A stretch of 64,000 nucleotides of DNA from Eledone cirrhosa (taxonomy: Eukaryota): the NCBI GenBank assembly GCA_964016885.1, contig OZ024742.1, positions 117,552,001-117,616,000 on the forward strand. Direction: 5' to 3'. A program made the translations under genes and the position numbers. Below the pieces are notes generated by a model that saw only the letters and a list, made by a program, of their open reading frames with translations, was not told the origin of the DNA and searched no databases. Shown here in pieces: positions 1 through 13,083 of this stretch; the stretch's first letter is position 1, and the number at the start of each line of letters is the position of its first letter.

Positions 1-99
1 TTTGGGCATGTCCATGTTTCCATGCTTGTATGCATGGGTTGAATAGCGCAGGAGAGGTACATCAAGAGTGTGGAAGGTGGAGAGAGGAATGAATATGCA

Positions 100-440
100 A
101 GATGGGCATGGGTGAGGTGACAGGGACATTAAGTTGGTGTGGGTGGGGTATTAAGACTTGGAAGGCTGAATTGGGAAAACTAAGGAGATTGGTGAAGACT
201 AGTGTCCTCAACATGTTAGTTTCGTCCTGTGCACATGGGAAGGCGGGCCTTTTTCAGAACAGCAAAACACCAGAGATCTCCATACTGTATCATCTCCTTT
301 GAGAGGTTTGATTGTGCAAGGTCAGCTTTTATCACTCCATCCCAAGCTTCCTTAAGTCTATCTCCATGTGCATTGAATGTCCATCATCCCACTAGTCTCT
401 ACTCCTGCATATTTACCCCATCTATGCCCAGTTTCTCTCT
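100..440 (-). mobile_element. Degenerate RTE LINE 3' fragment
   Basis: Resembles the 3' ends of the other RTE copies (e.g. ttttcactccatcccaagc, compare 4560-4740); heavily decayed. Confidence 0.45.
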
Positions 441-445
441 CAGCT

Positions 446-483
<38 letters not shown>

Positions 484-650
484 CACCATATATACTTGAG
501 TAATAGTCGATATCATGTAAAAGTTGACCCCTATTTTTGGCCAAAAAATCTGGAATTTTCTATAGAACTTATATAAAAGTTGACCCTAGTATTTCAGGGT
601 CAATATTTGTGGGTTAAGGTATCGTCCTGTATGTAGAAATAACACTGTTA
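484..650. mobile_element. Tc1/pogo-type DNA transposon end or MITE
   Basis: Starts caccatatatacttgagtaatagtcga; a related end (taccatatatactcgagtaaaagtcga) is at 13384-13411; resembles TACCGTATATACTCGAG-type TIRs. Confidence 0.4.
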
Positions 651-1246
651 CAAAATCGTCACGAATTTAAGACATGTGTTGCAAATACATGTCTGAAACT
701 AAAAATTTACTCAAACATATGACTATCATACTATAGCCTTCCCTATAGGTGGAATGTTTGGTGCTTATAGTAAAACACTATATAACAGTGAGCATTACAC
801 ATCTGTTGGTGGGTGCTACATCATCATTACTAAAATATGGGCACAAGAAGTGCTGCAAACCTGCAACCTTTCTATTTTCTTCATTTCCAAACACAATAAA
901 CACATCATACATCAACACTCATCTCATTGTCTGTTTATATGATGAGAAACATGTTTCACAGATAGTGCTGTCGTGGAACACTAGTAAACGCCACTGTTTG
1001 ATACAATGGTATGACTTTGAATGTGTGTTTTGTATAGAATCAGTAATAATACAGTAATTTATGTTGTTTTTGATTAGAGATCATTTGGGCTTCTGCTACT
1101 CATATGGTCCCTTGGATTCTAGCTTGAATTTATGGTCCCTCAAAAGCTGTATCTGTATAATAATTGACCCCATAAATTTAACCTTAAAAGATGGTCTAAA
1201 AACTTTTATTATTTACAGTATATACAATATATATATGTGTGTGTGT

Positions 1247-1294
<48 letters not shown>

Positions 1295-1870
1295 AATCCT
1301 AGAAATATGTATACATATAACCTATCATCATCACCATCGTTTAATGTCCACTTTTCCTGCTATCAAGATTTGGACAGATCTACATAGACCAAGTCAGGAT
1401 TGAAGTGGGACTATAGACCTCCCAGATATAGGATAATATATCCTATATTTTTCGCTTCTTATCTTTTCTTCTTTCCCTAGAGTTTACTACTCACAATCTC
1501 TTCTGTACTGTTCATAAATATTCTATCTTATTTTTGCTATTTTTTTTTTGCTCGCTATTTCCAGCCTCTTGTCTTTCTTTGCTAAAGCTTAATTCTTATG
1601 ATCTCTCTTGCCCTGTTCATGAATATTACACTTTTTTAGCCATGTTTTGCCATCTCTGTTTTCGTAAATCCTATTTTTTTTATCTTTCCTTCAAATACTG
1701 CTATATGCATATATCTTCCAGTCCCCACTATAAACGTGGTTGGTGTTAGGAAGGGCATCCAGCCGTAGAACAGTCCCATACGAGCGAGACAACCAATCTT
1801 GCCTCAAGTGGGACAATTCCCGTCTAAACCCATGCTAGCGTGGAAGATAGACGTTAAATGATGATGATGA

Positions 1871-1938
1871 TCTTCTTCTTTTTCTTCTTCTTCTTCTTCT
1901 TCTTCTTCTTCTTCTTCTTCTTCTTCTTCTTCTTCTTC
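1871..1938. repeat. (TTC)n microsatellite following an RTE/SINE (GAT)n tail
   Basis: Seen directly; explains the poly-Arg ORF 1835..2143. Confidence 0.95.
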
Positions 1939-1939
1939 T

Positions 1940-2880
1940 CCCACTTATTCCTGGGAGGTTCATGGAGGAAGAGTCCTCAAGCACGTTTTTCAGCAGATCC
2001 TGCCAGAACCAACCATCTCCCAAGCGAAACCAGCTGAGCTCATGGATGTTATCCAACAATCTTGCTTTAAGTCTGGGTCTGTTGCTGTTTGGTTTTGCCT
2101 GTAAAACCTGTCCATCGATTCTTTCCTCAGACACTCTCACCACATGTCTGTAGTATCAGACCTGTGATCTCTCAATTCAGAGAAATGGCCATTCTACCTG
2201 GAGCGACTCTCTGATCTCTGAGCTAAGGACTCTATCACGTAACATTACACCCTTTGGATGAACTGTATTTTGGCTGCTTGTATTCCAGATCATATTTTTC
2301 AGTCATTACCCAATTGAATATAGCAAATTTGTCTTTTTTACATACCTCCCTTCTTCTGATGACTGCATGCTGAAGCTAGTGCACCACTATACCAACTCCT
2401 ACAATTCTTGTACTTAATTCAGCCTCTTGCCTTCCATCACTCAAGAACACAGCCCTGAAATACTTGAACTTCTCCACCTGCTTCAGTGGCACTCCACTCA
2501 TATATAGAGTGCACTGAGAATGCTTCCTTGAGAGGATGAGTGTTTCAGTCTTCACATGCTGCACTCAGCATCAAATCTTTCAAATGCATGTCAGAGATCA
2601 CCTTCTGATGAGTTAAATAGTACCATGTCATCTGCAAATCCAGCCAACTCAACTTACAGCCACCAGTCTTGATACCACTTCCAACCTGGCTGTGCATGTC
2701 AATCCCATTCATGAAGATCATGAACAGGAAAGTGGAGTTCAACTCCCACATTGAATGGTTTTGAGTTAGCACCATTTATCCAAACACAAATACTAGGGCA
2801 TTCTTATAGAGACATTAGGATAATAAGAAGCTATCAAGATTGATCCCATATTCTTGCAGTATATTCCACAGTAGGTCCCA
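1940..2880 (-). mobile_element. Degenerate RTE-type LINE RT/3' fragment
   Basis: ORF pieces PLKQVEKFKYFRAVFLSDG and FLFMIFMNGI resemble RTE RT C-terminal motifs; frameshifted. Confidence 0.6.
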
Positions 2881-3039
2881 TGTACTGTTCATAAATTGTC
2901 TATCTTATTTTTGCTTCATATTTTGCTCACTTTTTCCAGTTTCTTATCTTATCTTTCTTCCCTACATCTTATTTCTTACAGTCTCTCTCATCCTGTTCAT
3001 GAATAATCTATTTTTAGCCATGATTTGCCATCTATTCCT

Positions 3040-3150
3040 TATTCTGTTTGCCGAATCAGGATAAACCCTATTCTGTTTGCCGAATCAGGATAAACCCTAT
3101 TCTGCTTGCTGAATCAGGATAAACCCTATTCTGTTTGTCGAATCAGGATA
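3040..3150. repeat. 29-bp minisatellite, about 4 copies (tattctgtttgccgaatcaggataaaccc)
   Basis: Tandem units seen directly. Confidence 0.9.
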
Positions 3151-3632
3151 TATTTGTGTCAGATCCCTTTAGAAAGTTGGCTGACATAGCTCACTCATGT
3201 TTAGAAATATGACTGGAAGTCCATGCAAACTCTCTTTATCATAGACATTGAAAACCAAATCCAATCAACCCACCCTTCACAACCTTCCCTCTCCCCATAT
3301 ACTTCCAAACTTCAGAGCTTCCACTATCAATGCTGGAATGATGAAAGGAAGATCATTCAAGGTTGTGGAATTGCTAAAGCAAAGGCATATGGAGTTCAAT
3401 TCCTCATAGCAGCCTATGGCAACTTCTTTTTCCCTTTCTTAAGAGTCTTTACTCTATTTTATAAGCTATTTTATAGCATCTCTGTGCATGAGTACATCAT
3501 CCTTTATATTAACTATATATACATATATACATATATATGTATAAATGTATTTCTATAAACAGGCACATACGTACAAAGACATACATAAATTCATATATTC
3601 ACATACATATACACATGTACACACACACACTG

Positions 3633-3734
<102 letters not shown>

Positions 3735-3878
3735 CAATAAATACATTATATAGATATATAGATAGATGTACTCCTAGTTATAAGTGCATGTAAACGTATA
3801 TACATACAAATACACACACATACATATAAACACATATATCTTTCATACATACATAAAAATGTATATAAAGACATATGC

Positions 3879-3911
<33 letters not shown>

Positions 3912-4274
3912 TAAATAGATAGATAGATACATACATATATACAAAACAACTACAGACATATATCTTCATGTACATAATTATGAGCTTGGGGCCATAGATG
4001 TTATCCAAATTATATGAGTAAACATTCAATTATAGAGAAAGTTGTAATGTATAAAAAATTTAAGAAATCGATATGTAAGTACTTATATGGTCTAGAAATA
4101 AGTAAAGTGCGTAAAAATAAATATGAAGGATAGAATTAATAAACTAGCAGGATGGGAAAGAGGCCAAAATCAATTTTTAACATGGATAGTGGCCTAATAG
4201 AAAGTAAAAAAATAAGTTAGAAGAATCAATAAAACAAAATATGAAATATATCAGGTTGGGTCATATCTTCTATT

Positions 4275-4935
4275 ACATCATCATTACCATTGTTTAACAT
4301 CCATTTTCAATGCTAGCATGGGTTAGATGGGTTGTCATGTTATGAGACGGATTGGATCAAGAGACTGCATCTTGTTCATACAGGCCTGTATTTTGGCTTG
4401 GTTTCTATGGCTGGATGCCATTCCTAACACCAACTAAATTGCAATGTGGACTGTGTGCTTTTAACCAAAATAAGAATTTAACAGCGTGGACTGGGTGGTT
4501 TTATCATGTCACCAGTACAACCACCTTACAGGGTGAACAGACACTTTTAGTGTGCTTTAAGAGGTTTAATTGTGCATCCCAAGCTTTCAAAGGTGCATCC
4601 CAAGCTTCCATAGCTGCCATCAACTTTGAGTGCCCTGTACCTTTTTATTCCGGCTGTCATCCCCCATATGCCCCACATGTCCATTCCACCACAGTCTCCT
4701 TTCCTGCACACTGCATCAGATCCCTCTTATGCCCAGTTTCTCTCTCAGTTCATTTACACTTCATAGGTTCTCTGCGCACAGTCCCCGGGTCTCACTTCCA
4801 TCCAGAATTGTTGTTCATACACAAACATCATACAATCTGCATTCCATTTTGAGGGAACAACCTTTCATAGTTAGCAGTGGTAGTAGGTCCCTGAACTTCG
4901 TCCATCCCATTCTCACTCTGCCTATTGTAATTTCA
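4275..4935 (-). mobile_element. Degenerate RTE LINE 3' end with tail
   Basis: Antisense of the RVRMGWTKFRDLLPLL region, ggatgccattcctaacaccaac 3' UTR block and decayed (CAT)n tail. Confidence 0.7.
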
Positions 4936-5517
4936 GACACCAGTATATCAAAACTGAATGCCTCTACAGAATATGGATCAAAATATAAGCTATGTCTGAA
5001 AATGCATGAAAAGCTTGTGATGGCTTTTAATCATTGCAATTTAATTGTTTATAGCCATTTTTAATAGTTCCTTAAATTTTAAGAAAATAGTATCATATCC
5101 CAAAATCTCAAAATTCATTTAGTTCTCTACCTACTACAAATGTGCCAAAACTCAGCTAGATCTGAAAACACATGACAAGCTTACACTGTGTCACGAAATC
5201 AACTGTTTCTTTCTTACCAAAAAGAAAGTTTTATTTTCAAGAATCTGAAGAAAAAATAGGCAACTGCTATCCCATGGACACAATTAATTTGTGTAATTTG
5301 AAGACGATTATCACCTCAGTTTCAAAGATATGATATCATATATATGGCTAATTATTCATTTAGATTTAATTAGGCAAGATTTCAGCCAATTCGCCGACCA
5401 TTCGAAATTCATCCAAATTTCACAAATGAGGTATCAAAATGTTTAATTTTGAATACTCTAAGAAAAGGTACAGTAGAAGTTAAATTCAAATATTTTCAAA
5501 AGTTCAAGTGATACTTA

Positions 5518-5882
5518 TATATATATGAATGTATATACAGTGTATTTTGCAATACACTGTATGCTTATTTTAAAGCATTTCAAAGACCTTACGCTATTGT
5601 TTTAGAGTAATGACAGTCTCACTTACTTTAAATTTTCAGCAAACAGGGGAGATAAAGCTGACAAACATTCATAATTTTCAGCAAACAGGTGGAGTATTTG
5701 GCTTTGATAAGTACCAATCAGTACGAAACAGAGCTCTGTCAGCTTTATCTCCCCTGTTTGCTGAAAATTTAAAGTAAGTGAGACTGTCACTACTCTAAAA
5801 CAATAGCATAAGGTCTTCGAAATGCTTTTAATTAAGCATACAGTGTATTGCAAAATACACTATATATACATTTATATATATA
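5518..5882. repeat. Long inverted repeat (arms about 5518-5663 and 5737-5882) in (TA)n; probable PLE terminal-repeat remnant
   Basis: Arms are near-perfect reverse complements; the centre holds a hammerhead motif. Confidence 0.85.
5673..5769 (+). ncRNA. Type I hammerhead ribozyme, U3-A8 core variant, with extended helix I
   Basis: ggct-TTGATAA-gtac(caatca)gtac-GAAA-cag(agct)ctg-TC-agct; helix I extends through ggag/ctcc and aattttcagcaaacagg/cctgtttgctgaaaatt. Confidence 0.8.
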
Positions 5883-6019
5883 TCGCTATTTCAGAGCACC
5901 ATTTCTAATTTATATATATATATATGTGTGTGTGTATATATATATACATATATATGTATATATATATATATATGTATATATATGTGTGTATATATATACA
6001 TATATATATATGTAATTAA

Positions 6020-7002
6020 GAATGTAGGATTCACATGCAGCAGCTGTACTGAGACAGCAAGCAGCAAACAGCCACAGGAAACAAGTACCACCAATCTCTG
6101 GGAGGGCCCTGTAGAAACAGTAGACAGCTTCTGCTACCTAGGTGACCAAATTAGCAACGGAGGTGGGTGTTCAGAAAGTACAATAACTAGGGTAAGAACG
6201 AGATGGAAGAAGTTTAGGGAACTACTACCACTGCTAGCTGCAAAAGGCTTCTCCCTCAGAATGAAAGGCAGACTGTATGATGCGTGTATCCGAACAGCGA
6301 TGTTGCATGGTAGTGAGACCTGGGCGCTGAAGGTGGAAGACTTACGTAGATTAGAGAGAAACGAAGCCTGCATGCTCCGATGGATGTGTAACAGTAATAT
6401 ACGTGAACGACAAAGCATAAATGAATTGAGAGAGAGACTGAGCATAAGAGGAATCAAATGCTGTGTGCAGGAGAGGCGGTTGCGCTGGTATGGACATGTG
6501 ATGCGTATGAAGGATGACAGCTGCATAAAAAGGTGCAGAGCACTAGAAGTTGATGGAAACCGCGGAATGGGGAGACCCAAGATGACCTGGGATGAGGTGA
6601 TAAAAGCCGACCTTACCCAATTACACCTCTCAAAGACAATGACACACGACCGTGACTTCTGGCATCACGCAGTAATACAGAGTACCCGACCTCCCATGGG
6701 TGCAAGCTGAAGCATATAGACAATATGCCCCCACACCCCCCACCACAAGGTGGTCGTGGAGGTGCCACGGCAAAAAAGCACCCAGCCCACACTGTAAAGT
6801 GGACGTGTAGGCGCCACGAAAAAGCACCCAGCACTCACTGTAAATGAGGTTGGTGTTAGGAAGGGCATCCAGCTGTAGAAATCAAGCCAGATCAGTTCCT
6901 GTATGAGCAAGGCATGGTCAGCCGACCAGACACTGCCCACAACAGGACAACCCGTTTAACCCATGCTAGCGTGGAAGAACGGACGTAAAACGGTGATGAT
7001 GA
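6020..7002 (+). mobile_element. 5'-truncated RTE LINE (second subfamily)
   Basis: ORF 5928..6710 encodes the RT C-terminus ([25 protein letters not shown]); 3' UTR and (GAT)n tail; flanked by (TA)n. Confidence 0.92.
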
Positions 7003-7612
7003 TATATGTATATATAAATATATATATGTATATGTATAAATATATATATGTATATATATATGTGTGTATATATATACATATATATGTATATATATCTGAA
7101 TATATATATATTTATATATATATATTAGAAAGATCGAGTATCGAAAAATCGGCGCACGAGTTCACGATAAACAATATTCGAAATGAGCGGCAGAGGGCTC
7201 AATAATTCAGATGAATCAGAGCTATAACTATCGTTAAAATACCGTCACACATAGAACAAGTCTAAAATCAACCATACGATAAAAAATCGATAATAGAAGA
7301 TTCGGGACAAACAGATAAAAAATATCAATAAAACAATACATCAATAATTTAACTGAATGTAAAATCATACCCGGACCCACTAGAAAGGTGTTAAATCTAG
7401 CTTCTTGGGTTTCTGTAAATCCTTAGACTGTACTCTATCAGCTCACATATAAATATATAAGGCTTCTAGAGCAAGCGGAATGGAAGTTTACTTCATCAAC
7501 GAGCTTTTTCCTAGCGGATAAGAGGCTAACTACAAGCGAAATATATATATATTCAGATATAGATATACATATGTATTTATATATATATATGTATTTATAT
7601 ATGTATATATAT

Positions 7613-7962
7613 ATCATCATCATCATCATCATCATCTCATTTTACGTCCACTTTTCCCTGCTTGCAAGGGTGGGACGGGAACTGATTCTGGCTTGATTTC
7701 TACAGCTGGATGCCCTTCCTAACACCAACCTCATTTACAGTGAGTGCTGGGTGCTTTTTTGCCGTGGCACCTCCACGACCACTTTACAGTGGAATGATAG
7801 GGACCCCAGTCCCTATCATCTCATTTCTACAGCTGAGTAAACTGGAGCAATGTGAAATAAAGTGCCTTGCTCAAGGAAACAACACATCACCCGGTCTGAG
7901 AATTGAACTCACAACCTTTTGATTGCAAGGCCAATGCTCTAACCACTAAGCCATGTGCCTCC
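7613..7962 (-). mobile_element. tRNA-derived SINE family 1 (CORE-like centre, RTE tail)
   Basis: Box A TGGCTTAGTGG, box B GAGTTCAATTC, CCTTGAGCAAGGCACTT core, (GAT)n tail. Confidence 0.9.
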
Positions 7963-7984
7963 ATATATATATATATGTATATAT

Positions 7985-8290
7985 GGAGGCACATGGCTTA
8001 GTGGTTAGAGCATTGGCCTTGCAATCGAAAGGTTGTGAGTTCAATTCTCAGACTGGGTGATGTGTTGTTTCTTTGAGCAAGACACTTTATTTCACATTTA
8101 CTCAGCTGTAGAAAACTGCAAAGTGGTGGTGGAGGTGCCACGGCAAAAAAGCACCCAGCACTCACTGTAAATGAGGTTGGTGTTAGGAAGGGCATCCAGC
8201 TGTAGAAATCAAGCCAGAATCAGTTCCCGTCCCACCCTTGCAAGCAGGGAAAAAGCGGACGTAAAATGAGATGATGATGATGATGATGAT
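7985..8290 (+). mobile_element. SINE family 1, head-to-head with the previous copy
   Basis: Same head and tail, with an internal deletion. Confidence 0.9.
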
Positions 8291-8294
8291 AAGT

Positions 8295-10565
8295 AGAAGG
8301 GGTATTTAATTTGTTGGAAGTCCGACAAATATAAATGTTTATAAGTGATTTAGAGCACTCAATATGTTACTGGAGTAAATATCCAATGATATTAAATAAA
8401 TGGAAACTATATTTATAAAACCATATTTATTTTATTATATATATTTCAAGGGTACCAAAACACATTGGTACGCTTTCCTCAGATAAAATACAAAGTTTGT
8501 TTTATAAATAGAAACATACCCATGAAAATCATACCTTATTCTCTGGATAGTGGAAATATATTAGGGATTTTTCAAACTTAGGGGTGAATATGCAAATGAA
8601 TATGTAAATAATTGAAAAACAACCGTTTATTTAAACGACTATGGAGAGAGAGAAGAGAGATAAGAGGAGAAGGATAAAATAGTGCGAGAGAGGGAGAAAG
8701 AAAAAAGGGAAGATGAATAAAAACTCATATAACGTTAATTTGAGGGAAATATATTCTAAGTATATATCTTAATAGTACATGTATTTACGATTATTAGTTG
8801 TTTAAAATTTGTTTATAATATAATATTTTTCTTCTGTTATAAGTAGATAAATAAATAAATAAATAAATAAATAGATAGGTATATCATGTTATAGATAATT
8901 GTTCTAATGAGTTATGAGGAATATTGGTTTTGTATTTTATGTAAATAAATATTAAGTTAAATTAAATTAAATTAAATTAACTGAGTTAAGAAGAATATTT
9001 ATATTTATATGATTGAAAATGGGAAGATACAGAAAAAAACTCGGGTTAGCCAGAATCAGTTAGTGGTTATAAATCTATTGAAAAAATATTGAAAAATTTT
9101 AGATAATCTTTTTTTTTTTTAATAATTTATAAGAGATAAGTAATTTTTAAAGAAATAAAAATTATTAAAATTAAAATTTTTTTTAAATTTTTAAAAAAAT
9201 TAGAATTATATACGTATATATTTTATGAAACTTTAAGTGGAATTACAGCAAATGTTATAGATATTATGATTTAGAGATATCAATAGTATGTCTGTTAAAG
9301 ATTGAGTGGTATCTGTGGGCTTTAGGAAAACATTAATCTAGTGCTTTAAAGAATAGCTTTGCTAAAGGTATTTTTACGCTTAATGAGAATGGGGGTGAGT
9401 ACCAAATAATATTTCTAGTTTAGTTCTTCTGTTAGTTTTAGAGTTTAAGTTAAATTTTTTATTATTATTACAATTAATAGTAGGGTGATTTGCCTTATTA
9501 CTGTTGTCGATGTATTTAATCTTATTTGTATACCCTGCTCTATTTAAAGCTTCATTATAATATTCAACCTTATCATCAAAAATGTTTTTATTAGCGGAGA
9601 TGCATGAAATCCGTTGTTGGACAGAATTGACAATAGTGTTTTTGATAGATCTAGGATGCTTAGAGTTAAAACTTACATAGTTTAGATTCTCATTAATTTT
9701 ATGGAATGGATAGTAGAGCCCTGTGTTAAGGTTTAATGTTACGTCTAAAAAGTTAGCAATTTTATAGTTATTCTCTATTTCTAACTTAAGGTTGTAGCTA
9801 TTGAAGAATTATTATCGATTTTCTTTTCCTATTAATTTCACAATTACTATGATTTTCAATTAAAAGCAGCATATCATCACAATATAAACCACCGGTCATC
9901 TCTGGTATTTTATCTATGCAGTGTATTATTAATAAATAACCCCACAAGATCAGTTATCTGCGCCGAGTCAGGTGATCCCATGGTGATATCAAAATTATTT
10001 TTTCTATCGGCGCTTGTCCAGAGATGATTGTTGAATTCAATTAAAATTTTCCGTGCAGTTAAAATGATATGCTAGATAAATCTGTATGTTTAGATGCATA
10101 GATAAGAGCCCTATTAAGTAAACTAGGAGTGATAGAGGAGTAGTAGTTTGCAATATCCATTTGAATGAATTTTTTGTTATGTTTAAATGTTATGTTATTG
10201 AACCAATCTATAACCTCATTAGTACTGTTCCATAGTTTTAGGTAAGATATTTCTTTAAGTTGCGGTATGATTCAATCTAATATATGTTTCCTAACTATGC
10301 CTAAGTCTGATTTAGATGGTGCTATAAATCTGACTGGTAGTTCTATTTCAAAGTTTCTCTTGTGGTCTTTCAGGTTAATTTACGGTCTTCTAGGTATAAA
10401 GGGTTCGGTCCTATTTTCGATGCCTAATTTATGAATTATTTCAGAAGTTTCTCTATTTACCATATCAAGATCTTCATTAGTTGTTATTTTGAGGTTTTTC
10501 CTTAGTTCTTTCAATATAAGGTTATTGTATTCGTCCTTTTGCATTCCGTATAGATTGTTAGTTTT
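8295..10565 (-). mobile_element. Degenerate Penelope-like element (RT remnant and 3' terminal region)
   Basis: Minus strand near 9870-10000 translates as NFDITMGSPDSAQITDLVG and MTGGLYCDDML (PLE RT motifs); hammerhead at its 3' end. Confidence 0.8.
8428..8490 (-). ncRNA. Minimal type I hammerhead ribozyme
   Basis: tattttat-CTGAGGA-aagcgtacca(atgtgttt)tggtaccctt-GAAA-tatata-TA-ataaaata; 8-bp helix I, palindromic helix III. Confidence 0.85.
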
Positions 10566-10604
10566 GTCAGATATATACATATATATGTATATATATATAT
10601 ATGT

Positions 10605-11021
10605 ATATGCAGAGGATATGCGATGGCTGGAGAGAAATGAGGCAAGCATGCTCCGTTGGATGTGCAGTGTAAATGTGCATGAACGACCCAGCATAAATGT
10701 GTTGAGAGAGAAACTGTGTCTGAGAGGGATAGAATGTAGTGTACGGGAGAGGAGACTGAGGTGGTATGGACATGTGATGTACATGGAGGATGACCGATGG
10801 GTGAAGAAGTGCCAGGAAATGCCAGTTGAAGGAAGACGTGGTAGAGGTAGACCACGAAAAACATGGGCGGAGGTGGTGAGAACAGACCTCAGATCATTGA
10901 AGCTCACGGTGGAGATGATGAAGAACCGTGACGAGTGGAGAGATGCTGTGCTGAATAAGACCCGTCCCACCCTTGCAAGCAGGGAAAAGCGGACGTAAAA
11001 TGATGATGATGATGATGATGA
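10605..11021 (+). mobile_element. 5'-truncated RTE LINE (third subfamily)
   Basis: ORF 10489..10998 C-terminus ([13 protein letters not shown]...GRPRKTW); (GAT)n tail; inserted in (TA)n within the PLE. Confidence 0.9.
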
Positions 11022-11049
11022 TATATATGTATGTATATATATATATATA

Positions 11050-11313
11050 TCACCTTGACCGACCAGTCTGTCGGGCGTCCATTCGGCGCTGCTGGTCACA
11101 GCACGTCGTGCTGTTTTAGCCATAAGATAATACCATCCCACTGGCTGGGCGGGCAGGTAGGCCGGTAACTCATCATCTCATTTCTACAGCTGAGCAAACT
11201 GGAGAAACGTGAAATAAAGTGTCTTGCTCAAGGAAACAACACATCACTCAGTCCGAGAATTGAACTCACAACCTTTCGATTGCAAGCCCAATGCCACTAA
11301 GCCATGCGCCTTC
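11050..11313 (-). mobile_element. SINE family 1 head with a different 3' body
   Basis: tRNA head and core at 11170-11313. Confidence 0.7.
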
Positions 11314-11478
11314 ACACACACACACATATATATATATATCATCATCATCATCATCATCATCGTTTAACGTCCGTGTTCCACGCTATATATAGGTAAGTTA
11401 TTCCGGGTTGAATCGGAGGTAACCACAGTAAGTAAGGTACTCAATACATACCAGAGTATAAAAGTTTTAATATAGATG

Positions 11479-11529
11479 AGATTCTACAGGACTAGAACTG
11501 TTTCATTCTTTAGAAATCATCAGGAATCT
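11479..11529 (-). ncRNA. Type I hammerhead ribozyme
   Basis: agattc-CTGATGA-tttc(taaa)gaat-GAAA-cag(ttctagtc)ctg-TA-gaatct. Confidence 0.85.
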
Positions 11530-11619
11530 GGCTGTCCAAAATAAATGTTGTGGTATTTATATCTTTTCTGGTGGTAGGAGAGGGTGGGGAGTGGGATGGG
11601 TGGAGGTCATTGGTTGAAA

Positions 11620-11880
11620 GAAAAGGGAATTCATTAAAAGCTAATTCTTTAAGGCTATAATTTATATTTAGAGTGACAAAGGCAGAAAGAATTCTATAAA
11701 CAAGTTCAAATTGGGGTGCCACTCCTTATTTTTAAGTTTCTCTTAAGCTAACAATGCCTATATTTCAAGAAAAGGGAAATTCTTTAAAGCTCTACTTAGA
11801 GTGACAAAGGCCAAGAGAATTCTATAAACCAGTTCAAATATTGGGTGCCTATCATTATTGTCAAGTTTCTCTTAAGCTAA
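11620..11880. repeat. Two diverged tandem copies of about 110-130 bp
   Basis: ttagagtgacaaagg...agaattctataaac...aagtttctcttaagctaa occurs twice. Confidence 0.75.
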
Positions 11881-11924
11881 ATTTCAGGTGTCAACAGACA
11901 CATTCACACACACATATATATATA

Positions 11925-12403
<479 letters not shown>

Positions 12404-12547
12404 TGTGTTTGATTGTGTATAGAAGATTATATTAATAAGAGGAATTCCAACTTTGTCTGATTTACTCGTTTTATTTACAATCCTTTAAAATTTATAATGG
12501 TATTATAATGAAATAGTATGATAGAATATTAAATGTTAAGTGTTAAT

Positions 12548-12586
12548 TGAACAAGTACTTTCATGCTTTCGCAATCTTCAGGTTCA
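12548..12586 (-). ncRNA. Minimal hammerhead ribozyme (mirror copy)
   Basis: Reverse complement of 12655-12693. Confidence 0.8.
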
Positions 12587-12654
12587 TATTGTGTGTGACA
12601 GTCAAGTTTGCAATTTTCAACTGTCAATTGCAAACTTGACTGTCACACACAACA

Positions 12655-12693
12655 TGAACCTGAAGATTGCGAAAGCATGAAAGTACTTGTTCA
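12655..12693 (+). ncRNA. Minimal type I hammerhead ribozyme
   Basis: tgaac-CTGAAGA-ttgc(gaaa)gcat-GAAA-gtac-TT-gttca; palindromic gtac helix III loop. Confidence 0.85.
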
Positions 12694-12808
12694 ATTAACA
12701 CTTAACATTTAATATTCTATCATACTATTTCATTATAATACCATTATAAATTTTAAAGGATTGTAAATAAAACGAGTAAATCAGACAAAGTTGGAATTCC
12801 TCTTATTA

Positions 12809-12843
<35 letters not shown>

Positions 12844-12894
12844 AACACATCTACACATATATACACATATACATAAATACATAAATACACATAC

Positions 12895-12945
<51 letters not shown>

Positions 12946-12949
12946 ACCT

Positions 12950-13083
12950 CTATCCATCCCACTCCCCACCCTCTCCTACCACCAGAAAAGATATAAATAC
13001 CACAACATTTATTTTGGACAGCCAGATTCCTGATGATTTCTAAAAAATAAAACAGTTCTAGTCCTGTAATCTATATTAAAACT
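12950..13083 (+). mobile_element. Second copy of the 11460-11600 PLE end, with a decayed hammerhead (GAAA mutated)
   Basis: Reverse-complement match to 11460-11606; CTGATGA retained at about 13030. Confidence 0.75.

Noticed and set aside
3040-3150. CRISPR-like array of 29-bp repeats
   Set aside because: No spacers, eukaryotic context and no cas genes; a simple minisatellite
7985-8060. tRNA gene
   Set aside because: The tRNA-like head continues into a SINE core and tail, occurs in many copies and has no proper acceptor stem
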